Assembly: GCA_024275075.1 (NCBI GenBank)
Contig: JAJRZU010000066.1
Coordinates: 1-51,135 of the forward strand
Reading direction: 5' to 3'
DNA length: 51,135 nt
Source: Deltaproteobacteria bacterium
GTDB lineage: Bacteria; Desulfobacterota; JAJRXV01
This document shows, piece by piece, positions 1 through 8,385 of this stretch. The position numbers were made by a program, and so were the translations under genes. The notes beneath the pieces were generated by a model. That model made no database searches. It worked only from the letters and a program-made list of their open reading frames with translations, and had not been told where the DNA came from. Numbering within the stretch: position 1 is the stretch's first letter; the number at the start of each line of letters is the position of its first letter.

Positions 1-30
1 ATTTCCCCCGTACATATTTCCCCCGTACAA
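1..30. repeat. tandem 15-nt direct repeat, 2 units (14/15 identical), cut by the window edge
   Basis: atttcccccgtacat (1-15) is followed by atttcccccgtacaa (16-30), just downstream of the cysE stop codon. Confidence 0.6.
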
Positions 31-31
31 A

Positions 32-781
32 TTATATACCGCTGCCATCGAGATAGTTCTCAAAAAACTTGTCGTTTTGCACTTTCTTCTTCTTCTTTTC
101 CGGCGACTCCTCTTCGGTGACGATTGCGTTAAGCTCCTTGTGCTCCGCATAAAGCTTACCCACCTTAAGTTCGAGGTCACGCACCTGCTCTAACAGGCAC
201 GATATCGCCCGTGCCTCGGGGTCTGGCAGCTTGTCGTGATCTAAATCGACTCTGTCGTGATGTTCGCCGTCCCGAAAAACTACCCTGCCGGGTACGCCGA
301 CGATCGTTGAATTCGGGGGCACCTCCTTTACGACGACAGAACCCGCTCCCACCATGGAGCCGCTCCCGATCTCGAAAGGCCCGAGTATCTTCGCGCCGGT
401 ACCGATGACGACGTTACCATGGATAGTCGGGTGCCTCTTCACCTTCTCGGTGCTTGTGCCGCCAAGCGTGACGCCGTGGTACATAGTGACGTTGTCGCCG
501 ACCTCCGCCGTCTCACCGATGACGACGCCCATGCCGTGATCGATGAACACCCTACTACCGATCTTTGCCGCCGGATGTATCTAGATACCGGTCAGAAACC
601 GCGCCAAATGCGACAATAGCCGCGCGGTCAGGTAAAGATTGTGAGTCCACAAAAAGTGCGCGAACCGGTGTATGACGATGGCGTGCAGCCCAGGGTAGCA
701 CAAAAGCACCTCCAGCTTGCTGCGCGCGGCCGGATCACGCTCAAAGACTGTCTTGATATCTTCCTTTATCCTGCGAAACAT
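32..781 (-). CDS. cysE: serine O-acetyltransferase (CysE), interrupted by a single in-frame TAG at 581..583
   Basis: ORFs 581..781 (N-terminal helical part) and 32..550 (hexapeptide beta-helix part) share one frame, 750 nt in total. Together they read ..[51 protein letters not shown].., the hallmark SAT core. The TAG sits where characterised CysE proteins have Glu/Asp (G-[IV]-[ED]-I-H-P). Confidence 0.85.
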
Positions 782-905
782 TTTTATCTCTTTCTCATAG
801 TTCTGATATTAGTCATATAATATTATTACCAAAAAAGCAAGCCAAAATAACATCGCCGCCGGCGCTGACATAACCACTTTGTTGCCACAATATGGCATTA
901 TATAA

Positions 906-934
906 TTGACAAAAGAGATATGTTGTGATAATAA
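906..934 (+). promoter_or_regulatory. sigma70-like promoter upstream of tRNA-Leu
   Basis: TTGACA (906-911), 17-nt spacer, TAATAA (929-934). The tRNA starts about 34 nt downstream. Confidence 0.4.
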
Positions 935-967
935 ATACCGGTTCGTTGGTTTCTCACATCCATCCAT

Positions 968-1054
968 GCCGGAGTGGTGAAATTGGTAGACGCACGGGAC
1001 TCAAAATCCCGCGGGGGCAACCCCGTGCCGGTTCGATTCCGGCCTCCGGCACCA
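968..1054 (+). tRNA. tRNA-Leu (anticodon CAA), class II, CCA encoded
   Basis: Cloverleaf readable by hand: acceptor GCCGGAG/CTCCGGC, anticodon stem CGGGA/TCCCG with loop CT-CAA-AA, long variable arm CGGGGGCAACCCCG, T arm GCCGG-TTCGATT-CCGGC, then A-CCA. Confidence 0.95.
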
Positions 1055-1153
1055 CAAGCGTGACGCTTGACCCAGCCAGCCTACAGGAACCCTCCGTGAG
1101 GGCATATCCATTGATATAGCTTTGGTTTAAGCGTTATATTTAATCCAATCCAT

Positions 1154-1193
1154 ATCGAGACACACAAAAAACAAAGCGGGGGTGTGTCTCGAT
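1154..1193. repeat. perfect 12-bp inverted repeat (hairpin) with 16-nt loop
   Basis: atcgagacacac (1154-1165) pairs with gtgtgtctcgat (1182-1193). No T-run follows on either strand, so it is not a classical terminator. Confidence 0.6.
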
Positions 1194-1319
1194 GGGTAAC
1201 AGGAATAATTACAAGGGATTAATCAGTGATGAGGAGTTCAAATCAGCACCGAGGTTAATTATGCGTTATCAAGAAAAGAATCCGATCTTGCAACGGGAAT
1301 GTACAGAAGAGCTTGGGCA

Positions 1320-1439
1320 TGTTGCCCAATACAATTTAAGGGGCTCTGCCCCTTCGCCTCCGTTGTCGGTACCCCATAATATCAACAACTTACAATGTAG
1401 TTTTTTTTGAAAATATGTATTTTATTCTATTTGGCAACA
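1320..1439. mobile_element. MITE-like 120-bp repeat, copy A
   Basis: Terminal inverted repeats tgttgcccaat (1320-1330) and atttggcaaca (1429-1439, rc tgttgccaaat). Internal blocks ccccttcgcctccg..gtcg and gaaaatatg..ctatttggcaacag are shared with copies at 2620-2728 and 2808-2927. Confidence 0.6.
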
Positions 1440-1634
1440 GTCTCTTCATAGTCATTCAATCTATTTGAAAAATTAGAACATGTCAAGCACAAGCATGACG
1501 CCGCTTAATGCTAAGTTGTAACGGATACTGTGAATTAGATTCAAAGAAGCGTTTCAAAATAAGCACGAAAATGATTTCGGTGGAGTTTCCTGAAAAATAT
1601 GGCTGCGTAAGTGTCGGTAATGTTTACTAATCAA

Positions 1635-1711
<77 letters not shown>

Positions 1712-1787
1712 TCATAAGAATCAGGGGAGTTTTATATCACTGATTATTTAGTTTGTCAAGTAGGGGTTTTCTTTTCACTGATAGTCA

Positions 1788-2504
1788 ATGTCTATTTTAG
1801 GGGGGAGAGAGCACGATTTCCGAGTTCAGGAGGCGCAACAAAAAAGCGCTGAAAAAGGTGAGCAGGCAGTGCGCGAAAATGTGCGTAAAGCTTGGGTTGA
1901 TCGAGGGGAATACGCTTTTTGTCGATGGCACGAAGGTTCGCGGCAGTGCTTCGATCCACAAAACGCTGACGAAAAAAGACGCGGACAAGTTGCTCAGGAA
2001 GCTGAACAAGCGTATCGACGCGATGTTAAACGAGTGCGATGCCGTCGACGAAATCGAGTCTGGTAGCGGCTCTTACGTGAAAATGAGCAAGGAACTCGCC
2101 AAAACTGAAAAGCTCAAAGCGAAGGTTGAGGGGGCTCTAAAAGAGCTTGAAGAGGGCGAAACAGGCGTCGAAGAAGGAGTCCGGCGAGTTTGACAAGAGC
2201 AATTTCATGTACGATAAAGATCGGGATGTTTACGTTTGTCCAGCGGGGAAAGAGCTTAAGTTTAAGGGAGTTAGATGCGACAGGGCGAACCACAGAGTTT
2301 ACCGGTCAGGCGGTCTACGGGTGGCGTAAGGAGAAGGTGGAACATCCATTCGGGCACCTGAAGCGGAATCTGGGGGTGCAGTCATTTTTGCTTCGAGGTA
2401 TAGACGGGGTTCGGGCGGAGATGTCGCTACTCGCGACCTGCTTTAACATCCGAAGATTGATAACGCTCCTCGGGATGGACGGGTTCGCGGCGATGATGGC
2501 ATAA
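1788..2504 (+). pseudogene. IS1182/IS5-like DDE transposase remnant (frameshifted, internally deleted)
   Basis: Three overlapping frames carry transposase fragments: ..LGLIEGNTLFVDGTKVRGSASIHK.., ..FMYDKDRDVYVCPAGKELKF.. and the typical C-terminus ..VEHPFGHLKRNLGVQSFLLRGIDGVRAEMSLLATCFNIRRL... The catalytic core between them is missing. Confidence 0.7.
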
Positions 2505-2619
2505 AAGCCGAAGGGGAGGCTCAGCGCGCACTTTTTTGCCCGATTATTTGTGAAAATTAATAATACCGGCAAATAACAGATAAAAAAATGTGCAAATAAA
2601 ATTATTTAAGAAACTGGGG

Positions 2620-2728
2620 CGTGGTTGCGACACAGCCTCCCCTTCGCCTCCGCTGTCGCCCCCCCTTTTTCGGGTGCTTACAGCGCCGGCTTTTGCGAAA
2701 ATATGAATAATTTGCTATTTGGCAACAG
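2620..2728. mobile_element. MITE-like repeat, copy B (left end degenerate)
   Basis: Shares ccccttcgcctccgctgtcg...ggtgcttacagcgccgg..ttttgcgaaaatatgaataatttgctatttggcaacag with copy C. Its right end lies exactly 200 bp upstream of the right end of copy C. Confidence 0.5.
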
Positions 2729-2807
2729 CCCCCTGAAGCAGTGAATCACCAGCCCGCAAAAAAAATGTAACAAAACCGTTTAATTGCAATATACTATTTA
2801 AGGGGCA

Positions 2808-2927
2808 TGTTGCCCAATCCAATTAAGGGGGAATTCCCCCTTCGCTCCCGCAGGTCGCACCCCCTTTTTTCAGGTGCTTACAGCGACGGATTTTTCAAAA
2901 ATAAGAAAAATTCGCTATTTGGCAACA
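2808..2927. mobile_element. MITE-like 120-bp repeat, copy C
   Basis: Same termini as copy A: tgttgcccaat (2808-2818) and atttggcaaca (2917-2927). Contains the 18-nt palindrome aagggggaattccccctt. ORF 2807..2989 is most likely a spurious read-through of this repeat. Confidence 0.6.
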
Positions 2928-2951
2928 GTCCCTTAAGGCCTCTGCATGACC

Positions 2952-3059
2952 GTCATTGCGAGTTTTTTTGTGACGAAGCAATCTCATAAGTTATCTATAC
3001 CACTAAAGACGAGATTGCCACGCCGTTTTCTGAAAAGCGCGAAAGCACCTCGCAATGAC
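2952..3059. repeat. nested inverted repeat (long hairpin) of the cattgcgag/gcaatctc type
   Basis: Outer arms are gtcattgcgag (2952-2962) and ctcgcaatgac (3049-3059). Inner arms are gcaatctc (2978-2985) and gagattgc (3011-3018). Confidence 0.6.
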
Positions 3060-3293
3060 CAAAATGTGAGCTTTTTCAGGTCGTGCCAAGGTCTTTATAA
3101 TTTATTATATCTATACAGCTCTTAAATAGTTTCTTTCCCTTGATGGGACATCCTGATGCGCCGGGACAAGTTGGTGGGTGGAAAGTGTAACAATATAAAT
3201 AACTACCCCCTCTCCCCAGCCCGCGCATTGCGGTGTCTCCCACTAAGGGGGTGGCTTTTTTTAGCCGTACAGATCCCTTAATTTATGTATTAG

Positions 3294-3322
3294 TTGACAA
3301 TGACCACCTAAAAGTATTATAT
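3294..3322 (+). promoter_or_regulatory. sigma70-like promoter upstream of the ECF sigma gene
   Basis: TTGACA (3294-3299), 17-nt spacer, TTATAT (3317-3322), within a TA-rich stretch (tattatatata). Confidence 0.35.
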
Positions 3323-3355
3323 ATAAGTAACGAAATGTATTAAAGGTCAACCTTT

Positions 3356-3922
3356 ATGGATGAGGATCTGCAATATGTTGAGGAAGCGAGGAGCGGCGAT
3401 AAGGAAGCTTTTTCTTTCTTGATAGAGAAGTACCAGAAGCAGATATTTAATTTTATATATCAGTTCTTTCGGGATTACCACCAGAGCCTGGAGGTGACTC
3501 AGGAGACTTTCTTACGGGCGTTTAAGTTCATACACACCTTTCAGTCCGGCAGGAAGTTTTCGACATGGTTATACTCGATCGCGAAGAACCTTTGTATCGA
3601 TGAGATAAAGAAGCGCTCGAAGGTCAACACGATACCGATAAGCGAGGCTCAGAAGCGCGAGAGTCCCGATGACGGCACCTCGATGCTGTATGTGCACAAG
3701 GACCCTGACGCTGAGATGATAAAGTCTGAGGACAAGCGGGCGTTATTAGAGGCGATCGATAAGTTGCCTGTGAAGTATAAGATGGTCATCACGTTATGTT
3801 ATTTTGATGGTATGAGTTATGAGGAGATATCCGAGGTGGTTGAGATGCCGTTAAGCACTGTGAAGGTGAGGATTTTTCGCGCGAAGAAGAAGTTATTGGA
3901 ATATTTGGACGGTAAAATGTAA
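3356..3922 (+). CDS. ECF (group 4) sigma-70 family RNA polymerase sigma factor
   Basis: Region 2 signature ..EAFSFLIEKYQKQIFNFIYQFF..TQETFLRAF..FSTWLYSIAKNLCIDEIKKR.. and region 4.2 HTH ..MSYEEISEVVEMPLSTVKVRIFRAKKKL... An anti-sigma gene follows. Confidence 0.9.
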   Translation: MDEDLQYVEEARSGDKEAFSFLIEKYQKQIFNFIYQFFRDYHQSLEVTQETFLRAFKFIHTFQSGRKFSTWLYSIAKNLCIDEIKKRSKVNTIPISEAQKRESPDDGTSMLYVHKDPDAEMIKSEDKRALLEAIDKLPVKYKMVITLCYFDGMSYEEISEVVEMPLSTVKVRIFRAKKKLLEYLDGKM

Positions 3923-3957
3923 CAAATCATATCTAACCAGAGTAATATTGAGTGAAG

Positions 3958-3987
3958 CGGCAAATGATTGTACGGCAAATGATTGTA
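3958..3987. repeat. perfect tandem duplication of 15 nt (cggcaaatgattgta x2)
   Basis: 3958-3972 and 3973-3987 are identical. The repeat lies in the 134-nt spacer between the sigma and anti-sigma genes. Confidence 0.8.
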
Positions 3988-4056
3988 CTTTTGAATATTT
4001 AGTGATAAGATTAATAATTGGTGGAATATCAGGAATATTGGTACAGGGGTAATGAC

Positions 4057-4731
4057 ATGAGAAAATGTAATGAGATAGAGCCATTGATATATGGTTATAT
4101 AACCGGTGATATCCTCTCTTAGCAAAGGAGGGTGTTAGACGATCATATCAAAGAGTGTGACGAGTGCCTTGATGAGATAATGAGGCTCCAGCGCCTTGAT
4201 ATGAACCTGACGGAGCTGAAGGATGTGGAGGCCGGCCTCTCTGAGGATCTTACTGGTGCGATATTAAGCGAACTGCCGGCGAACATCAAAAGGGCAGGCC
4301 GCGGATACGGTCATCACTTCTTCTCAGCGACGACACTGCTCTCCACGGTTACGGTGGTGCTTGCGGTGCTGGTATTCATCCTCGCCGGCAAGGTGGATCA
4401 GATATCGATCACCTCGAAGGCGCCGAAACCGAAATCGGTGAAGATAATGTTCTTCTCAGAGAAGGCGCAGAATGTATCGTTAGTCGGTGATTTTAACGCC
4501 TGGGGCGTAGACCCCCTATTATTATCAAAGGTAAATGGCAATACCTGGGAAGCGGAAGTGAAGCTGGCGCCGGGTATGTACCAATATAATTTAGTGGTTG
4601 ATGGTAAGAAGTGGATTGCTAACCCGAACTCAAAATCATTAGTGCCAGATGGATTTGGCGGTACGAATTCAGTAGTGATAGTCAATGATAACGGGGGGAA
4701 ACAAATTGAGAGTGTCGGTAAGCAGATTTAA
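4057..4731 (+). CDS. zf-HC2 anti-sigma factor with one TM helix and a C-terminal CBM48/AMPK-beta-like beta-sandwich; in-frame TAG at 4120..4122
   Basis: ATG 4057 gives MRKCNEIEPLIYGYITGDILS-TAG-QRRVLDDHIKECDECLDEI.., the usual anti-sigma N-terminus with H-x3-C-x2-C, in frame with ORF 4132..4731. TM segment is FFSATTLLSTVTVVLAVLVFILAG. The C-terminus VSLVGDFNAWG..W..V.LAPGMYQYNLVVDGKKWIANP is typical of CBM48/E_set. Confidence 0.8.
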
Positions 4732-4763
4732 TAGAGTATTAATTTAAAAAAAGCTTTGATTTT

Positions 4764-4806
4764 ATGAGCCATCTGTATTATTATCGCAGGTGGCTCATTT
4801 GTGTGT
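4764..4806 (+). terminator. hairpin after the anti-sigma gene (possible terminator)
   Basis: 12-bp stem atgagccatctg / caggtggctcat (one G-U pair), 11-nt loop, followed by ttgtgtgt, which is a weak U-tract. Confidence 0.45.
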
Positions 4807-4850
4807 AATAACAAATATTTATAAAAAAATAATGGACAACGGCGTTTATT

Positions 4851-5453
4851 TTGTGTAAAATAGTAAACATATTGAGGGTGTATTTAAAAAACATAGGGGT
4901 TTTGTTCCTTTTTGCGCTGACGCTTTTTGCGTATGCGGATACGTGTCATTCAAGAACGATAGATGACTTGCTGTCTGATAGTAGCGTAACCGCAGATGAT
5001 TCGAAGCGGATAAAAGGTATCTATGACAATATACTGAAGTTTGAAATAAAAGAAGATAAGATACTCTTAATAGTAGAGAATGCGTTGAATAAGGATATGG
5101 GGCCGAAGCGGCTGTTACGGCTTTTGGTGCTAATCTCGAAGTCGGCCGTAGAGGATTTACCGACAGAGGCGTTGATTAATAAGGTATTAGAGGGGTTTGC
5201 CAAGAGCGCGCCTACGGATGTCATAATCAATGAAGCAGAGAGTAAGGTACTATTCTTAAAGAATGCGAAGACAATGTTAAACTATTTGACATTAAAGGGG
5301 TTTGAGGCGACAAAGCCAGAGATGGTGATAAACATGTTAAGCATATATTCGACTCAGGGCTGGGACCCTATAGATTTAAAAAGAGCAATTGAGACAGGTG
5401 GACTTTCAAAGAAGGAATTTCATGAATTATCGATGTTTTTAAAACAAAAATGA
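4851..5453 (+). CDS. hypothetical secreted protein (start uncertain: TTG 4851, TTG 4872 or GTG 4878)
   Basis: Long ORF with an N-terminal hydrophobic signal-like segment GVLFLFALTLFAYA. No motif I recognise. Ends in TGA. Confidence 0.55.
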   Translation: MCKIVNILRVYLKNIGVLFLFALTLFAYADTCHSRTIDDLLSDSSVTADDSKRIKGIYDNILKFEIKEDKILLIVENALNKDMGPKRLLRLLVLISKSAVEDLPTEALINKVLEGFAKSAPTDVIINEAESKVLFLKNAKTMLNYLTLKGFEATKPEMVINMLSIYSTQGWDPIDLKRAIETGGLSKKEFHELSMFLKQK

Positions 5454-5457
5454 GAGC

Positions 5458-8241
5458 ATGAAAAGGAGCGGACCTATGACAGGGGAAGTGAAGCCGGGTA
5501 TGATCACAAAAAAGTGGATTGCCTTTAGATGTTTTTTTCTTTTTCTTTTGACTATCTCCATTCTTATTATTTCAGGTCAAAAAAACTCATTTGCTGCGGG
5601 TATTGTCGGTTCAAAGCATGATTTAGTAGCTATTGATTACCCTTACGGTGTATGTACGGAGTGTCACACCCCGCACTATGCCAACGATATAAGGCTGTGG
5701 CCGAGGGTTTCAAATGCCGCGACTAACCCGGCGGCAATAACAACGCCTGACACAGCCGCTGTCTCAAAGATGTGCCTTGATTGTCATGCGTATGATGTTG
5801 TCACTGATCTGCCGGCGCTACCAGGACCCGGTGGGATGTGGGCATGGGGGATTACGTGGCCGGTACCCAGACAGCTGTTTGATAACGCTGGCAACTGGAT
5901 CTACAAGAAGCATGGCGGTAAAACGTACAAAGACTGCGTCAGGTGCCATACCCATGCGACCGGTTTCGGCCTGCCGCCAATAGACCCCCCAACCTCTGCA
6001 ACATGTTACGACTGTCATGTGTGGGATGATACAACGAATAATGATGATATCGATAATTACACATTCGGTACGCAGGCGACAGTGAATTTTTTAGACAGAG
6101 CGATGATAGATGAAGTTCAGTGGACAACCGGCGGTCATCGCGTACCGGCAGTCGACACTTTGCCTGAGACCTCAAGGCGCGCCGCGCAAAGCGGACCTGA
6201 GTTAGGTTGTGTGGATACGGGCGGCGCTATTCCCAATGGCTGCCATGATGATGCGATACTTCACGGAACGGCAGGTAATCCGTTTAGATTAAAAGTAGTC
6301 GGTGGCGCTACCGGCGCTGATATAATCTCGAATTTGTGTGGTCAGACTATCTGCCATCCGCCGCCGGCAGCGGGTGGAGTGCATATGCTTCATGCCGACC
6401 CGGCGCCAGGCCCTGCAAACCTTTATGAAAAAGGCGTATGTTCAGACTGCCACGATCCGCATGGCGACAGCTCCAATGTAGACGCTTCTTTGGTTAGCGT
6501 CCCGGACATTAATATAAACGCGGCGATGATGCAGCGGGAGGTTGTATGGCGGGACAGGTGGACAGCCGGCGCTTTTGGCGACCCGACAGACACGAACCCG
6601 GTAGTCGTTCCCGCGGATGATAAATTAGAACCGATAACACGATTTCATATAACAGGCGGTAATGACGCTTTAAGCTGGGAGATGGCGGATTATGTCAAGG
6701 ACAGCACATCTTTCAGCGGGGTATGTGAAGCGTGCCATACCGCTGACGGCACAAGCGGGGCCATAACAAGATTCTTCAGGAGAAAAGACGCTGACGGGGA
6801 CACTCAGTTGCCATTTCATGACCTGACCGGCACCAATGCGTGCGCATCATGTCACGAGCACGTGAAAGGGTTTCAGAAGCCAGACATTTGCACGTGTATA
6901 GATAACCCGACAACCGGTACAGCCGGCTGTCACACCGGCGTTGACGCTCAGTTTGCTACCGTTGTAGGCGGAGTTTCATCAGGGGCACGCCAGCATGATA
7001 TAGCTTATGACCCTGTTAACAACCCCAAAGGCAACAACCTGTTAGAGGAGGATTGTGAGAACGTAGACTGCCTTAAGTGCCATGACCTTGATACAAACAG
7101 TAACCATACCGACGGAACGGTGTATTTGGACGCGATCGATACAAAGGCTGGTACCGTGCCGCTTCAGTCTCCTTCAGCATATGCCGATGCGGCGCCCGAG
7201 GGCACCGGCACCATTCAGAGCATAAACGATACTGTGTGGGGTAACATACGCGATGATGGCGGGTACACTACCGGGCAGTGGTGCAGAAACTGTCACGATA
7301 TCGACGGACCGCCCGCCGCGGCGTCAACCAACCTTAATGGTAACGCCGTAGCGCCACCGAACGTAGAGTCTGATTCATCCGGCGCCGCACGCTTCACTAC
7401 GACTGGTCATGGCGCGACATCAGGTACAAACTTCCCGCGGGTCGCACCTAACAATACTGCCGGCAGGACGGCATGTACAGGCTGCCACAACTATCATGGT
7501 AGCGACAACATTCGCATGATCCAGAGAGCCGCGTGGAACGGCAGCGCATGGCAGAAGTGGAACGGTGTAAATGTACCAGAGCCGCTGGACACATCTGCGG
7601 CGGATTACCTGTACAACGGAGACGATGTTAATATCTCGAGCGTTGAACTGTTCTGTCTGGAATCGTGTCATGTTGTTGATTCATTCTCATGGACGACGCC
7701 GCAGCCGCTTTCTTTGGACTTTAGTGATGTAATCACGGCAAGAGGCGGCGCAACGACGAAAAGAGCCCACTATGTCTTTGACTACGTAGGCGGTAACCTT
7801 GGCGCTGATTATGATGCGCACAATGACATTACTTACTATTTCAGCGGCAAAGCGGTAGGGTTTGTGCTCGGCGGTACCGCGGGAACACCGTGGAACGATC
7901 TTGATACCTCTGATAGCAATCCTGCCACCCAGAACCATACATACATCAATGACAGCTCTAAGGGAGAGGCGCAAAAGTTTGTGAACATTATCACCTCGAC
8001 ACCTTCGCCAGGAACTATCAACAGCATATTCAAGGCGATTTGGTACAATGATGGCGTGGATAAGGGCAGAGCGATATGTGTGACATGTCACGATCCGCAC
8101 GGTTCTAATGTTGATGCTACATGGGGATTACCAAACAAGGTTCCTGCCAGCACTGATGATAACATGCTCAGAGGCGAATGGATCACTGGTACGGCATGGG
8201 GAGCGGATGCTGATGAGCCGTGTGATTCATGCCATAAGTAA
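5458..8241 (+). CDS. multihaem c-type cytochrome A (12 CxxCH plus 4 variant motifs)
   Basis: Signal/anchor WIAFRCFFLFLLTISILIISG..SFA. There are 12 canonical CxxCH, several as CxxCHDPHG (doubled-CXXCH type). Alternative start ATG 5476 follows AAGGAG. The C-terminal ~745 aa are paralogous to the end of 15945..19994. Confidence 0.9.
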   Translation: MKRSGPMTGEVKPGMITKKWIAFRCFFLFLLTISILIISGQKNSFAAGIVGSKHDLVAIDYPYGVCTECHTPHYANDIRLWPRVSNAATNPAAITTPDTAAVSKMCLDCHAYDVVTDLPALPGPGGMWAWGITWPVPRQLFDNAGNWIYKKHGGKTYKDCVRCHTHATGFGLPPIDPPTSATCYDCHVWDDTTNNDDIDNYTFGTQATVNFLDRAMIDEVQWTTGGHRVPAVDTLPETSRRAAQSGPELGCVDTGGAIPNGCHDDAILHGTAGNPFRLKVVGGATGADIISNLCGQTICHPPPAAGGVHMLHADPAPGPANLYEKGVCSDCHDPHGDSSNVDASLVSVPDININAAMMQREVVWRDRWTAGAFGDPTDTNPVVVPADDKLEPITRFHITGGNDALSWEMADYVKDSTSFSGVCEACHTADGTSGAITRFFRRKDADGDTQLPFHDLTGTNACASCHEHVKGFQKPDICTCIDNPTTGTAGCHTGVDAQFATVVGGVSSGARQHDIAYDPVNNPKGNNLLEEDCENVDCLKCHDLDTNSNHTDGTVYLDAIDTKAGTVPLQSPSAYADAAPEGTGTIQSINDTVWGNIRDDGGYTTGQWCRNCHDIDGPPAAASTNLNGNAVAPPNVESDSSGAARFTTTGHGATSGTNFPRVAPNNTAGRTACTGCHNYHGSDNIRMIQRAAWNGSAWQKWNGVNVPEPLDTSAADYLYNGDDVNISSVELFCLESCHVVDSFSWTTPQPLSLDFSDVITARGGATTKRAHYVFDYVGGNLGADYDAHNDITYYFSGKAVGFVLGGTAGTPWNDLDTSDSNPATQNHTYINDSSKGEAQKFVNIITSTPSPGTINSIFKAIWYNDGVDKGRAICVTCHDPHGSNVDATWGLPNKVPASTDDNMLRGEWITGTAWGADADEPCDSCHK

Positions 8242-8275
8242 GGAAAGTATTTAACCCGCGGAAATATTTTTTAAA

Positions 8276-8307
8276 AGAGGATGGGATTTATTCCATCCTC
8301 TTTTTTT
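8276..8307 (+). terminator. rho-independent terminator
   Basis: agaggatgg (8276-8284) pairs with ccatcctct (8293-8301), 8-nt loop, then a T7 run. Confidence 0.85.
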
Positions 8308-8385
8308 AAATACGTTGAATTTATTGGGTAATTAATGGGCAGGAAATTTTATTAAAAATTTTTTAATTATTTAAGTAAAAAAACA

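Noticed and set aside
1192-1410. 72-aa ORF after tRNA-Leu, and the 60-aa ORF at 2807-2989
   Set aside because: Both run through MITE-like repeat copies and their G/C palindromes, lack an RBS and have odd composition. I treat them as repeat-derived spurious ORFs.
3110-3265. Possible small RNA ending in a T7 run (..ctcccactaagggggtggcttttttt)
   Set aside because: The stem before the T-run is only about 4 bp (ccac/gtgg). I recognise no conserved RNA motif (SRP, tmRNA, 6S or RNase P) and see no promoter. The evidence is insufficient to call an ncRNA.
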